Origin: Candidatus Eiseniibacteriota bacterium
GTDB taxonomy: Bacteria; Eisenbacteria; RBG-16-71-46; SZUA-252
DNA length: 64,000 nucleotides
Reading direction: 5' to 3'
Assembly: GCA_003235575.1 (NCBI GenBank)
Contig: QJVW01000128.1
Coordinates: forward strand, 34,781 to 98,780
The translations under genes and the position numbers were made by a program. Below, piece after piece: positions 18,822 to 28,369 of the stretch. The notes beneath the pieces were generated by a model that saw only the letters and a program-made list of their open reading frames with translations, did no database searches and was not told the origin of the DNA. Positions within the stretch are counted from its first letter, which is position 1, and the number at the start of each line of letters is the position of its first letter.

Positions 18822-18842
18822 GAAATTCGTTGAGGGGGGTCT

Positions 18843-19133
18843 CTACTTCTTCACGCGATCCTTGAGTGCCTTGCCGGCGTGGAACGCCGGGAAGCGCGAC
18901 GCGGCGATCTTGATTCGCTCTCCCGTCTGAGGATTGCGTCCGTCGCGCGCACGGCGCTTGCGCGTCTCGAAGGTTCCGAATCCGGTGATCTGGACCCGCT
19001 TCCCCGAAATGAGTGCCGACGCGATGACGCCCTCCTTACCCGGCGAGAAGATCATGTCGACGACGGTGCGCGCCTGGCGGGATGAGATGTCCGCCTTCTT
19101 AGCGATGTAGGCTACGAGTTCGGTCTTGTTCAT
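18843..19133 (-). CDS. hup: HU/IHF family DNA-binding protein
   Basis: 96 aa. MNKTELV...GFGTFETRKRRARDGRNPQTGE arm motif. Confidence 0.85.
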   Translation of the reverse strand: MNKTELVAYIAKKADISSRQARTVVDMIFSPGKEGVIASALISGKRVQITGFGTFETRKRRARDGRNPQTGERIKIAASRFPAFHAGKALKDRVKK

Positions 19134-19228
19134 TTCTCACTCACCTCCTTTCGATGAACGAGGCGCACGTTACGCCCGCTCCCTAGGGGGGTCAAGCGGT
19201 TTCCCAGTCTCCATGCGGGAAATTCGGC

Positions 19229-22200
19229 CTAGTAGAGATTGTCGACGCCGCCGAAGCCGCGCAGCCCCCGCGACCCCTGCTCGTAGTAGACCTCGGGAAG
19301 GTCCTTCACGCTGATCTTGAAGTAGAACTCTTTGTTGTCACCGGAGATGCTCCGCGTGAACTGCATCTGCCAGCAGTGAAGGTCGCGGGTGACGCTGAAA
19401 TTCTGGGATATGAGGCGAACATACGGATGGCCGAGCTTGCCCGACTCGTCTCGGTCACGGGCCAGAAGGTCCGTCTGCGCAGCGTATTCCACGCGCCAGT
19501 TGCGAGAGAGGTTTAATCCCAGATTTCCGTTGGCGCGCGCGGTGGAGCCCCAGGGCTGGTAGCTCCCGTCGGTCGACCGGAAGCGCGCGCCGGAGTAGGA
19601 GAACGAGATGCCCGCGTTCCAGGGAAGCGCCTCCCCGGGCGACGCCGGGTGGAGCGCGTCGGTCCCGCCGCCGAAGTAGCCCCGGCTGTCGGAGCCGGGG
19701 GAGGTCGCGCCCGGGTACGCCTGGTCGGTTCCCCCCGCATTCGCGGAAGCGCCCGAGCGGCCGGAGAAGGACATGCCGGTCGACGCCGAGAAGGAGAGCA
19801 GCCTTCGGTCGTACGGATTGTGGAGGAAGGAGAAGGAGAAGTCGTTTCGCGCTCCGGGCGAGATGCGAAGCGTCGTGGAGATGTCCGAGAGCGGCTTCTG
19901 CCCGAAGCGTTCGGCCAGGAAGTTGTACGAACCGCTCGTGTTCATGGTGATGAAGTTGTTGATGACCTTCGGTTGCGCGGGATCGCCCCACTTGAGATGG
20001 ATGTCGTTGCGCAGGGAGAACTGCAAGGATCGCTGCTCCGACGCGCCGAACGCCCCGATGCCCCGGACCCCGTCGAACCGCGCGGCCTTGGTGCCGTCCT
20101 CCTTTTCGTACAGGAGTTTCGGATAGGCGGGTTGGTACGCGATGGCCACCGCCGGCGTCACGACGTGGCGCAGGGCCCGGAGCGGACCGATCGACCGGCG
20201 AAACGTCCCGAAGACCTGCGTGTTGAGGCCGAACGTGCTGCCCCAGACGCCGGCCCGCTGGTTCTTGTTCCCCGCCTGATCGCGGGAGATGAACACCTCG
20301 CTGTATCGCATGCCCGTGGTGACGCGCAGGAATCCAAGGCTGCGGTTGTCCGTCAGCGAGACGTCGTGCCGGATCGCGGTGCGGGCGTCCGTCACCGCGT
20401 CGTAGATCGAATCGGTCCCCGCCGCGACCGAATCGGGGTTGTAGGCGTTCACGGTGATGTTGCGCTGGCTGACCACCGTCGACGCATAGGCGATCAACGT
20501 GCGGGACAGCCAGGCCCGCTTGGCCGGTTCCCGACCGCGCGCCGCGTGACCCAGGGGGCGCGCCGACATGCGAAACGTCGCCGAGGGCAGCTGTTGATCG
20601 ACGCGCAAGCCGAGCGGATCGGGATCGAGGTCCTGATTCCGGACGATGCCGAGGTTCAGCGAGGCGCCCGACCAGGATCGGTCGAGCGAGAGGCTGGACC
20701 GGAGGTTTCGTTGAATCCGGAAATTCACCGACCGGCCGAGGTCGAGGTCGCGGCGATACGAGGACGAGTTCGTGAGGTTGGCCTGACCGCGAAGCGAGAA
20801 TCCGGGCCCGAGCGTCTGGAAGTGCGTCCCCTGGAGATCCCACGCCGCCTGCTGATAGATCGGATCGATCGATCGCTGGTAGGAACCGCTGACCTGACCT
20901 TGGTAGTAGTACCGCTTGTGGTACCGCACCTGCCCGTGGGCGATCCACCGGGCCTCTTGGAAGTAGTCACCCCAGGCCGTCGCGTCGAGGTAGTCGTTGA
21001 TCGCCCAGTAGTAGCCGAGATTCCGCACGAACTTTCCGCCGTTGGTGGAGGAGCCGAACTCGACCTGGGGCAGCTGGAATCCGCTGTGGCGGCCGCTCTT
21101 GATCGGGAAGACGTAGAAGGGCAAGGCGAGAACCGGGATCTTCTTGATGTAGAAGACGACCGGCTTCGCGACGACCTTCTCCCGCAGCACCAACCGCATC
21201 TTCTTGGCGCCGAAGTGATAGTGGGGCTCCTCCAAGTCGCAGGTCGTGTACGAACCGTCGCGGACGTTGAACACGCTCTCCGAGACGCGCCGCACTTCGG
21301 CGCCGGAGAAGAAGCCGCGGTCGTACGCCGTTCGTCCGGCGTAGACCGTGCCGCGGCGGACGCCGAGATCGTAGGTCATGGTTTCCCCCACGATCCGGTC
21401 CTTGCCGTCCTGGAGCACCGGCTCCCCCTCGGCGCGCATCTTCTGCGTGGTCGCGTCGAAGCGGACGGTGTTGGCGGTCAGGTGCATCTCCCGATAGACC
21501 ACGTCGGCGCCGTCGCGAATGTCCACCTTGCGCGCGGTGATGTCGTACTCGATCCGCGGTCCGCGATACCGGATCACTTCCCGCCGCGCGGCGGCGGCGG
21601 TGTCGCCCTCCGCGGCCATGTAGTAGGTTCCCTCGCTTCGGCCCAGCACCGTGGCCCGGCGGGGGCGCCCCGACTCGAAGAGGACACGAATCGTGTCCCC
21701 GCTCGCGACGTTCCGCCCCCCGTCGGCGCTGTCGACGCTGGAGGGCCAGTAGTGGCTCTTCGCGTCCCCCACGATGAACGCTTCCCGCGCGGCGTCGTTC
21801 TCGAGAAAGAGGGTGATGGTGTCGCCGGTGGCCAGGTTGCGCTCGCCGCGTCGGTCGGCCGTGCGCTCCTGGTACTCGACCGACGCGTTCGGACGCATGT
21901 GGAGCGAGGCGACGCGACCGCCGCGGAACCGCACCTCGATGGTGTCGCCCCGAGCGGTCCCCTCGGGGCTGACGGCGCGGGGATCGTCGAGCAGCAGGGC
22001 GCGATCCTCCGCCCGGTAGAACGCGGCGCGGCCGCTGGTCGCGCGCAGGCTGTCGCGATCGACGCGGACATTGCCATCGGCGAACACGCGGCTCCGGGCG
22101 TTGTCGAAGCGCAGCGTGTCGGCCTGGATCTCGGTCGCCACGCCGCCCGCCTCGAGCAGGGTCAGGCGCGGCGTGCCTTCCGCCCAGGCGTAGTCGGCGC

Positions 22201-22792
22201 GGCGGTCGAATCGAATCCGCTCGGCATGCACGCGGGTGCTCTCGGCGCGATCCTCGGCCTCGACGGCGCCGCTCGCGACGACGACGTCGCGGGTGCGGTC
22301 GTATTCGATCCGCTGGGCGCGGAGCGTGCGCGTCGAGTCCTGCAGCACCGGATCGCCGGTGATCACCGACCGGTTTTCGGCGCGGTAGAACACGGCCTCG
22401 CGGCCCGTGATGACCGCGCCCCCTTCCTCGATCCGAACGTGGCCCCGCAAATCGGCGCGCCGCGCCTTTCGGTCGTACGACGCCTCGTCGCCCCGCATGA
22501 CGGTGGTGCCGTCGGTCACCTTCACGTTGCCGCGAAACACGACGAACTCACGGCTCTGGTAGATCAGCGCCGAGTCGCCGACGACCCGGGTCGCGCCGTG
22601 CGTCACGGTGACCCGCGTCGCCGTGAGCACGTTTTCCGCCGACGTGGCGGACCCCTCGAGCCGGTCCGCGCTCAAGTGGTAGGGCTCGGCGTCCGGCGTC
22701 TGGGCGCGCGTGAACGCCGGCGTTCCGGCGAGCGCCAGAAGCGCCGCGGCCGCCACCCCACCCAGAAGACGCCGGCGCGCGTCAGAGCGCAT
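19229..22792 (-). CDS. lptD: LptD/OstA-family LPS-assembly outer-membrane protein with an expanded N-terminal array of OstA/LptA-like repeats
   Basis: 1187 aa, with a signal peptide. The N-terminal ~500 aa hold repeated OstA_N-like beta-jellyroll segments. The C-terminal ~650 aa are Tyr/Gly-rich beta-barrel (OstA_C-like). Confidence 0.6.
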   Translation of the reverse strand: MRSDARRRLLGGVAAAALLALAGTPAFTRAQTPDAEPYHLSADRLEGSATSAENVLTATRVTVTHGATRVVGDSALIYQSREFVVFRGNVKVTDGTTVMRGDEASYDRKARRADLRGHVRIEEGGAVITGREAVFYRAENRSVITGDPVLQDSTRTLRAQRIEYDRTRDVVVASGAVEAEDRAESTRVHAERIRFDRRADYAWAEGTPRLTLLEAGGVATEIQADTLRFDNARSRVFADGNVRVDRDSLRATSGRAAFYRAEDRALLLDDPRAVSPEGTARGDTIEVRFRGGRVASLHMRPNASVEYQERTADRRGERNLATGDTITLFLENDAAREAFIVGDAKSHYWPSSVDSADGGRNVASGDTIRVLFESGRPRRATVLGRSEGTYYMAAEGDTAAAARREVIRYRGPRIEYDITARKVDIRDGADVVYREMHLTANTVRFDATTQKMRAEGEPVLQDGKDRIVGETMTYDLGVRRGTVYAGRTAYDRGFFSGAEVRRVSESVFNVRDGSYTTCDLEEPHYHFGAKKMRLVLREKVVAKPVVFYIKKIPVLALPFYVFPIKSGRHSGFQLPQVEFGSSTNGGKFVRNLGYYWAINDYLDATAWGDYFQEARWIAHGQVRYHKRYYYQGQVSGSYQRSIDPIYQQAAWDLQGTHFQTLGPGFSLRGQANLTNSSSYRRDLDLGRSVNFRIQRNLRSSLSLDRSWSGASLNLGIVRNQDLDPDPLGLRVDQQLPSATFRMSARPLGHAARGREPAKRAWLSRTLIAYASTVVSQRNITVNAYNPDSVAAGTDSIYDAVTDARTAIRHDVSLTDNRSLGFLRVTTGMRYSEVFISRDQAGNKNQRAGVWGSTFGLNTQVFGTFRRSIGPLRALRHVVTPAVAIAYQPAYPKLLYEKEDGTKAARFDGVRGIGAFGASEQRSLQFSLRNDIHLKWGDPAQPKVINNFITMNTSGSYNFLAERFGQKPLSDISTTLRISPGARNDFSFSFLHNPYDRRLLSFSASTGMSFSGRSGASANAGGTDQAYPGATSPGSDSRGYFGGGTDALHPASPGEALPWNAGISFSYSGARFRSTDGSYQPWGSTARANGNLGLNLSRNWRVEYAAQTDLLARDRDESGKLGHPYVRLISQNFSVTRDLHCWQMQFTRSISGDNKEFYFKISVKDLPEVYYEQGSRGLRGFGGVDNLY

Positions 22793-24098
22793 GGGGCACC
22801 TCGCGCCGCAGGAGCGGAATCGCCTCGCCGACCAGAAAGAACGAACCCGTCACGAGCACGGCGCCGCCGCGCGCCCGGGCCCAGGCCTGAGCGCGCGCCA
22901 GCGCCTCCGCGGGGTGGGGCACCGCTTCCCCTTCGACGTGCTTGGTCGGTGCGCTCTCGAGCAACTCGCGCGCGGGCGTGGCGCGCTCCCCGTCGAACTC
23001 GGTCAGGGTGAAGCGCGCCGCGAGCCGCCCCAGTGCGCGCAGGATCGCCGCGTGATCCTTGTCGCGCGCGAAGGCCGCGACGACGGCGACGGGGCGGCCG
23101 CCGAACAGCGCCGCCGCGGTGGCGACGATGGCGCGCGCGCCCTCCAGATTGTGCGCCACGTCGAGCAGCACGGGCGGGTCTCCGTCCACCAGCTCCGCGC
23201 GGGCCGGCCATCGGGTCGATTCGATTCCCCCCGCGATCGCCTCGCCGATCGCGGCCGGCGCGACGCCCTCCTCGGCCAGGATGGTTTCGGCGGCGAGGGC
23301 GGCGAGCGCGGCGTTTCGTGCCTGATGCCCCCCGAGAAGCGGCGTGCGGAGAACGCCGCGGAAGGACGCCGTCGCCAGGCGGAACTCCGTCCCCGACGCG
23401 TCGACCCGTCGCGCCGCGTACCGCGCGTCCACGCCCAAGCGCACGACCCGGGCGTTGCGCGCGGCGGCCAGCGCCAAGATCTCCCCGCGCGGTTCGGCCC
23501 GACGCACGCCGAGCACCAGCGTGCCGCCTTCCTTGACGATGCCCGCCTTTTCCCGCGCGATGCGCGCCAGGGTGCCTCCCAGGAGATCGGCGTGGTCCGA
23601 GGCGATCGTCGTGATGACCGACACCCGCGGCTCCAGGATGTTGGTGGCGTCCAACCGCCCTCCCAGGCCCACTTCCACGACCCCGAAGTCGATCGCCGAC
23701 GCGGCGAAGTGATCGAAACCCATCGCCGTGGTCGCCTCGAAGAAGGAGGCTCCCTCCCGTTCGAGCCGCGGCCACCACCGGTCCAGCAGCGCTTCGAGCT
23801 CGGCGTCTCCGATCTCGGCGCCGTCGACGCGAAGGCGCTCGTGGAACCGGACGAGGTGCGGCGACGTGTAGAGCCCCACGCGCTTGCCGGCGGCACGGAG
23901 AATCGAGAAGAGGTGGGCGGCCGTCGATCCCTTTCCGTTGGTGCCCCCGATCAAGGCGCTGGGAAAGGCGCGGTCCGGCCTTCCGGCCGACGCAAGGAGC
24001 CGCTCGATCCCGTCGAGACCGAGACGCATCCCGCTTCGCTCGAAACGGTAGAGTGCCTCGAGCCGTCGCGCGAGCGGGGCGCGGGCGGTCGTCGTCAT
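22782..24098 (-). CDS. folC: Bifunctional folylpolyglutamate synthase/dihydrofolate synthase FolC
   Basis: Start MTTTARAPL, which is residue 348 of the tracked 785-aa ORF. Mur-ligase P-loop GTNGKGST. The ATG overlaps the accD TGA. Confidence 0.8.
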   Translation of the reverse strand: MTTTARAPLARRLEALYRFERSGMRLGLDGIERLLASAGRPDRAFPSALIGGTNGKGSTAAHLFSILRAAGKRVGLYTSPHLVRFHERLRVDGAEIGDAELEALLDRWWPRLEREGASFFEATTAMGFDHFAASAIDFGVVEVGLGGRLDATNILEPRVSVITTIASDHADLLGGTLARIAREKAGIVKEGGTLVLGVRRAEPRGEILALAAARNARVVRLGVDARYAARRVDASGTEFRLATASFRGVLRTPLLGGHQARNAALAALAAETILAEEGVAPAAIGEAIAGGIESTRWPARAELVDGDPPVLLDVAHNLEGARAIVATAAALFGGRPVAVVAAFARDKDHAAILRALGRLAARFTLTEFDGERATPARELLESAPTKHVEGEAVPHPAEALARAQAWARARGGAVLVTGSFFLVGEAIPLLRREVPHAL

Positions 24099-25144
24099 TC
24101 CGTGGAGGGCTTCGCTCCGGCGGGAGACGGGGGGGACGATTCGGGTTCCGGCGCGGCGGCGGGGGACGTCCCGCGCTCCGGCACCGGCGACGGCGCGGCG
24201 GTGGGCGCGTGTCCCACCGGCGACGGGATCGGTCCCGACGCCGCGCGGAACCGCGCCAGCGACTCCCCGGCCCGACGGCGCGGCGGGTGCGGCAAGCGCT
24301 CGGCGGCGGCGAAGAAACGCAGCAGCCACGCGAGGGTCTTTCGCATCTCGGACCGGTGGACGATTCGGTCGAGCATCCCCTTCTGGAGCAGGAACTCGGA
24401 CCGCTGAAATCCTTCGGGCAGCTCCTGGCGAATCGTCTGCTTGATGACCCGCGGCCCGGCGAAGCCGATCAGCGCCTTCGGTTCCGCCAGGATGACGTCG
24501 CCGACCGAGGCGTACGAGGCGGTGACCCCCCCGGTCGTGGGGTGCGTCAAGATCGAGATGTACGGCACGCCGGCATCGGATAGCCGGGCGAGGAGCGCGT
24601 TCGTCTTGGCCATCTGCATCAGCGAGAGAATTCCCTCGAACATGCGCGCTCCGCCCGAGGAGGAGAGGATCACGAGTGGATGCCGCGATTCGATCGCCTG
24701 CAGGATGGACCGGGCAATGCGCTCCCCCGCGGCCGACGCCAGGCTGCCGCCGAGGAAATCGAAGTCCATGATGGCCGCGACGAGCGGGTGTCCCTCGATG
24801 GTCCCGTCGCCGCAGAGCACGGCCTCGGTGAGCCCGGTCGATTCCCGTGCCTTCTTGATCCGGTCGACGTACCGCCGTGCGTCGCGGAATCGGAGGGGAT
24901 CGGTGGAGACCACCTCGGAGAAGCGCTCCTGGAACGAGCCCTCGTCGAGAAGGATCTTGATGTAGGTGCGCGCGGAGATCCGGAAGTGGAACTGACACTT
25001 GCCGCAGGTCCAGAGATTCCGCTCCAGTTCCTTGTGGTAGAGGATCTCGCCGCATTCCTCGCACTTGGACCAGAGGCCGTCCGGAAGTTCGCGGCGGCGC
25101 TGCTGCGCCTTCAATCCCTCCTTCGCCTTCCGAAGCCACGTCAT
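24095..25144 (-). CDS. accD: Acetyl-CoA carboxylase carboxyltransferase beta subunit AccD
   Basis: Start MTWLRK. Zn ribbon CEECGEILY...CGKCQFH, carboxyltransferase domain and a Pro-rich C-terminal tail. Confidence 0.85.
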   Translation of the reverse strand: MTWLRKAKEGLKAQQRRRELPDGLWSKCEECGEILYHKELERNLWTCGKCQFHFRISARTYIKILLDEGSFQERFSEVVSTDPLRFRDARRYVDRIKKARESTGLTEAVLCGDGTIEGHPLVAAIMDFDFLGGSLASAAGERIARSILQAIESRHPLVILSSSGGARMFEGILSLMQMAKTNALLARLSDAGVPYISILTHPTTGGVTASYASVGDVILAEPKALIGFAGPRVIKQTIRQELPEGFQRSEFLLQKGMLDRIVHRSEMRKTLAWLLRFFAAAERLPHPPRRRAGESLARFRAASGPIPSPVGHAPTAAPSPVPERGTSPAAAPEPESSPPSPAGAKPSTE

Positions 25145-25614
25145 TCGCTGGGACCTCCCGGGAGCGTGAAGAGCATCACGATAGCATCCTCCACCGGACT
25201 CCGATAGTAACTCTTCCGGATGGCCACATCGAGAAACCCATTGCGCGCATAGAACTTGCGCGCTTCCAGGTTCGACTCTCGGACCTCGAGCGTGACCCGG
25301 CATCCGCCGTGGCCGCGGGCGGCGGCGATCAGATCCTCGAGGAGCTGCTGCGCCACCCCCTGCCGACGATACCCCGGGTCGACGGCAAGGTTGCCCAGGT
25401 GGGCCTCGTCCTCCACCAGAACGGCGAAGAGGTACCCGATGAGACGGTCCTCACGCAGCGCGCCGCGGGAGTAGGTTCCGCCCCCCACCGTGAGCTCCAT
25501 CCAGAACATGTTGCGGGTCCAGGGATCGGAGAAGCACCGCCGCTCCAGGTCGACGATGGCGTCGAGATGCGCCGTCGTGAGCGGAACGATCCGGCACGGC
25601 GGGGACGTGCTCAC
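25141..25614 (-). CDS. rimI: GNAT N-acetyltransferase, RimI-like
   Basis: Putative GTG start overlapping the tsaB stop. Acetyl-CoA motif RRQGVAQQLLEDL. About 157 aa. Confidence 0.7.
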   Translation of the reverse strand: MSTSPPCRIVPLTTAHLDAIVDLERRCFSDPWTRNMFWMELTVGGGTYSRGALREDRLIGYLFAVLVEDEAHLGNLAVDPGYRRQGVAQQLLEDLIAAARGHGGCRVTLEVRESNLEARKFYARNGFLDVAIRKSYYRSPVEDAIVMLFTLPGGPSE

Positions 25615-26303
25615 GGCGCCGGCTTCCGGGCGTTGGGTTCGCGACCGTAGATCGGCGTGGCCGACGCGACGTCCGCCGCCGGCCCCTCGCGGAGCAGCAA
25701 CGCGCCCAGCCGCGCGACGGAGCCGGCCAGCGGACGCGGGGCGCAGTGCGGCACGCCGTCGGACGCCAGGAACGCGGCGAGCGCCTCGTTGGTGGGGATG
25801 GCCGTGTACGGCCGCCCCGCGGCAAGCGCCGCCGCCGCGTCGGCCGCTTCCCACTCCGGAACGGAGTGGGGCGCGATGATCGACCGGGGTCGGGTCGTCG
25901 GCTCGTCGTCCGCCGCCGCGGCGGCCCAAACGGCCAGCGCGAGTTCCTTGCGCTCGCCCGGCGTCACCGTGATGCGCAGACCGTCGACGTCCCCCGCGGC
26001 GTGCGCGGCGGCTTCGTGGGTCGAAACGACGACGAGCGAAACGTCGGCGGCGACGGCCACTCCCTTCGCCCAGGCGAAACCGATCCGAAGCCCCGTGAAC
26101 GAGCCGGGTCCGCCGGACACGGCGATGCCGTTCAGATCCGCGAGACCGACACCCGCTTCGCGCGCCACGATTTCGGCCGCGGCGGCAAGTCCGTTGGAAT
26201 GCCCGCCGGGTGGAAGCGGCGCGCCCGCCACGAGCGCGCCATCCACCAGGATGGCGATCGAGCCGAGCGGCCCGACGGTGTCAATTCCCAGGATGGAGTA
26301 CAT
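25611..26303 (-). CDS. tsaB: tRNA t6A biosynthesis protein TsaB (YeaZ)
   Basis: Start MYSILGIDT. The Kae1/YgjD-like N-terminal half has no metal site. Classic tsaE-tsaB-rimI synteny. Confidence 0.7.
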   Translation of the reverse strand: MYSILGIDTVGPLGSIAILVDGALVAGAPLPPGGHSNGLAAAAEIVAREAGVGLADLNGIAVSGGPGSFTGLRIGFAWAKGVAVAADVSLVVVSTHEAAAHAAGDVDGLRITVTPGERKELALAVWAAAAADDEPTTRPRSIIAPHSVPEWEAADAAAALAAGRPYTAIPTNEALAAFLASDGVPHCAPRPLAGSVARLGALLLREGPAADVASATPIYGREPNARKPAP

Positions 26304-26796
26304 CGTGCCACCGGTCGCGGTCGAACGCACCCTCGCTCGCCGCCGCTTCCCAGCGGTCTCCCCGAGGGGTGATGCGGATCTCGCGCCCCGAACCGGCGTC
26401 GGGCGCCAGATAGCGGAGCTCGACGTCCAGCCGTTCGTCCGGAAGGCGCTCTTCGGCGCGGTCCGCCCACTCCACGAGCACGACCGCGTCGCCTTCCGCG
26501 AGATCGTCGAGCGCCAGCGACTCGTACGACTCGGGCGACGCGAGGCGGAAGAGATCGGCATGGACGATCCTCGGCGCGTCGCCGTAGATCTCGACCAGGA
26601 CGTACGTGGGACTCCGGCCTCTCGTGCCGGGGTGGATCCCCTCGACGACCCCGGAGACCAGGGTGGTCTTGCCCGCGCCGAGCGCGCCGCGCAGCGCGAT
26701 CCAATCGCCGGCGCGAAGCAGCGTGCCGAGGTATCGGCCCAGGGAGCGCGTTTCCTGTTCCGTGCGAAGAAGGGATCGGAATTCGACGGGCATCAC
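26281..26796 (-). CDS. tsaE: tRNA t6A biosynthesis ATPase TsaE (YjeE)
   Basis: P-loop GALGAGKTT. About 170 aa. Confidence 0.7.
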   Translation of the reverse strand: MMPVEFRSLLRTEQETRSLGRYLGTLLRAGDWIALRGALGAGKTTLVSGVVEGIHPGTRGRSPTYVLVEIYGDAPRIVHADLFRLASPESYESLALDDLAEGDAVVLVEWADRAEERLPDERLDVELRYLAPDAGSGREIRITPRGDRWEAAASEGAFDRDRWHDVLHPGN

Positions 26797-26797
26797 G

Positions 26798-28366
26798 TCA
26801 ACCGCGGGGTGTGAGCGTCGCCACGGGAAGGATCATCTCGTCGAGCGAGATTCCCCCGTGCTGGAACGAGCCGCGATAGCGGCTTTCATAGGCGTGGAAG
26901 TTGGTTGGATAGATGAAGTAGAAGTCCTCCTTCGCCACGATGTACTGCTTCTTGATCGCGTCCGCGGGCAGGCGGAACCGCGTCGGGTCCTTCAGGTGCA
27001 CCGCCTGGCGCGCGTCGCAGCCCAGGTTGCCGCCGAACTTGAATCGGAGATTCGTCGAGGTCTCCCGGTTGCCGTAGACCAGCGCGGACCGGCGGCTCAG
27101 GACCGCGCCGTGGTCCGTGGTCACGATCACGACGCCGTCCTGCCTGGCCAGCCATTTCAGCGCGTCGAAGAGCGCCGAATGCGCGAACCACGATCGCATC
27201 ACCGACCGGAACGCCGACTCGTCGGGGGCGAGCTCCTTGAGGAGGTCCGATTCCGAGCGGCCGTGGGTCAGCATGTCGAGAAAGTTGAAGACCATCGCGA
27301 CGAGGGGAATGGTCTGGAACGTCACGACGTTCCGCCGCACGTGGTTCGCCTCTTCCGCGTTGGAGACCTTGACGTACTTGATCCCCGGCGACACCGGCAC
27401 GCCCAGGCGGTCGAGCTGCCGCTCGAGCAACTGGCGCTCGAACCGGTTCTTGCTTCCCTCGTTCCCCGACGACTCCTGCCAGTATTCGGGAAACTGCTCC
27501 TGGATCTCGTCCGGGAAGAGGCCGGCGAAGATGGCGTTGCGCGAGTAGGGCGTCGCCGTGGGCAGGATCGAGATCTGGTGTTCGAGCGTGATGTCGAAGA
27601 GCGGCCGGAGCAGCGGCTCGACGGTCAGCCACTGATCCAGCCGCATGCAGTCGATGACGATGAAGGTCACGCGCGTACCGGCGCGCAGATGCGGCGCGAC
27701 CCATCGGTCGATCACGTCCACCGAGAGCGGCGGCCGATCCGTCGCCCCGGGTCGCACCCACGAGTCGTAGGCGCCCTCGATGTACTGGGAGAATTCGACG
27801 TTCAGCTCGCGCCGCTGGTCCGCCTGCGCCTGGCGCAGGCCGGGGTCGCCCGCGGCGTCGAGTTCGATGTCCCACTGCGCGCTGCGGCCGTGAATCTCGA
27901 TCCAGCGGCGCCAGTCCGGCGTCGCGACCGACTCCATCCGCATGCGCGCGAGCTCGGCCACGTAGTCCCGCGCGATCCGCGACTCCTGCAGGCGGTCGGC
28001 GTCCAGGATCCGCTTCAGCGCCAGGAACACTTGATTCGGGCGCACCGGCTTCAGCAGGTAGTCGCTGATTCGCCGTCCGATGGCCTCGTCCATCAGCGCT
28101 TCGGCCTCGTTCTTCGTCACGAGCAGAATGGGGATCGCCTGATCACGCTCCTTGATGGCTTCCAGCGTCTCCAGGCCGCCGCGACCGGGCATCGACTCGT
28201 CGAGGAGCACGGCGTCGAATTTCTCACGCTGGGCACACGCCACCGCGTCGTCCCCGTTCGTCACGGAGGTCACGCGGTAGCCCCGCTCCTCGAGGTAGAG
28301 AATGTGGGGGCGGAGGTGCTCGATCTCGTCGTCCGCCCAGAGTATCTTTCGTTCGATCGGGGCCAT
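26798..28366 (-). CDS. PorX-like response regulator: receiver domain fused to a PglZ/alkaline-phosphatase-superfamily domain
   Basis: 522 aa. N-terminal receiver (ILWADDE...DAVLLDESMPG...KP) followed by a PglZ-like domain. Confidence 0.65.
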   Translation of the reverse strand: MAPIERKILWADDEIEHLRPHILYLEERGYRVTSVTNGDDAVACAQREKFDAVLLDESMPGRGGLETLEAIKERDQAIPILLVTKNEAEALMDEAIGRRISDYLLKPVRPNQVFLALKRILDADRLQESRIARDYVAELARMRMESVATPDWRRWIEIHGRSAQWDIELDAAGDPGLRQAQADQRRELNVEFSQYIEGAYDSWVRPGATDRPPLSVDVIDRWVAPHLRAGTRVTFIVIDCMRLDQWLTVEPLLRPLFDITLEHQISILPTATPYSRNAIFAGLFPDEIQEQFPEYWQESSGNEGSKNRFERQLLERQLDRLGVPVSPGIKYVKVSNAEEANHVRRNVVTFQTIPLVAMVFNFLDMLTHGRSESDLLKELAPDESAFRSVMRSWFAHSALFDALKWLARQDGVVIVTTDHGAVLSRRSALVYGNRETSTNLRFKFGGNLGCDARQAVHLKDPTRFRLPADAIKKQYIVAKEDFYFIYPTNFHAYESRYRGSFQHGGISLDEMILPVATLTPRG

Positions 28367-28369
28367 GGA

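Noticed and set aside
19649-23011. 1120-aa plus-strand ORF
   Set aside because: Antisense to lptD. No domain content.
22782-25139. 785-aa single ORF spanning folC and the accD region
   Set aside because: The N-terminal 347 aa are Arg/Gly/His-rich junk overlapping accD in another frame. The real FolC starts at MTTTARAPL (24098).
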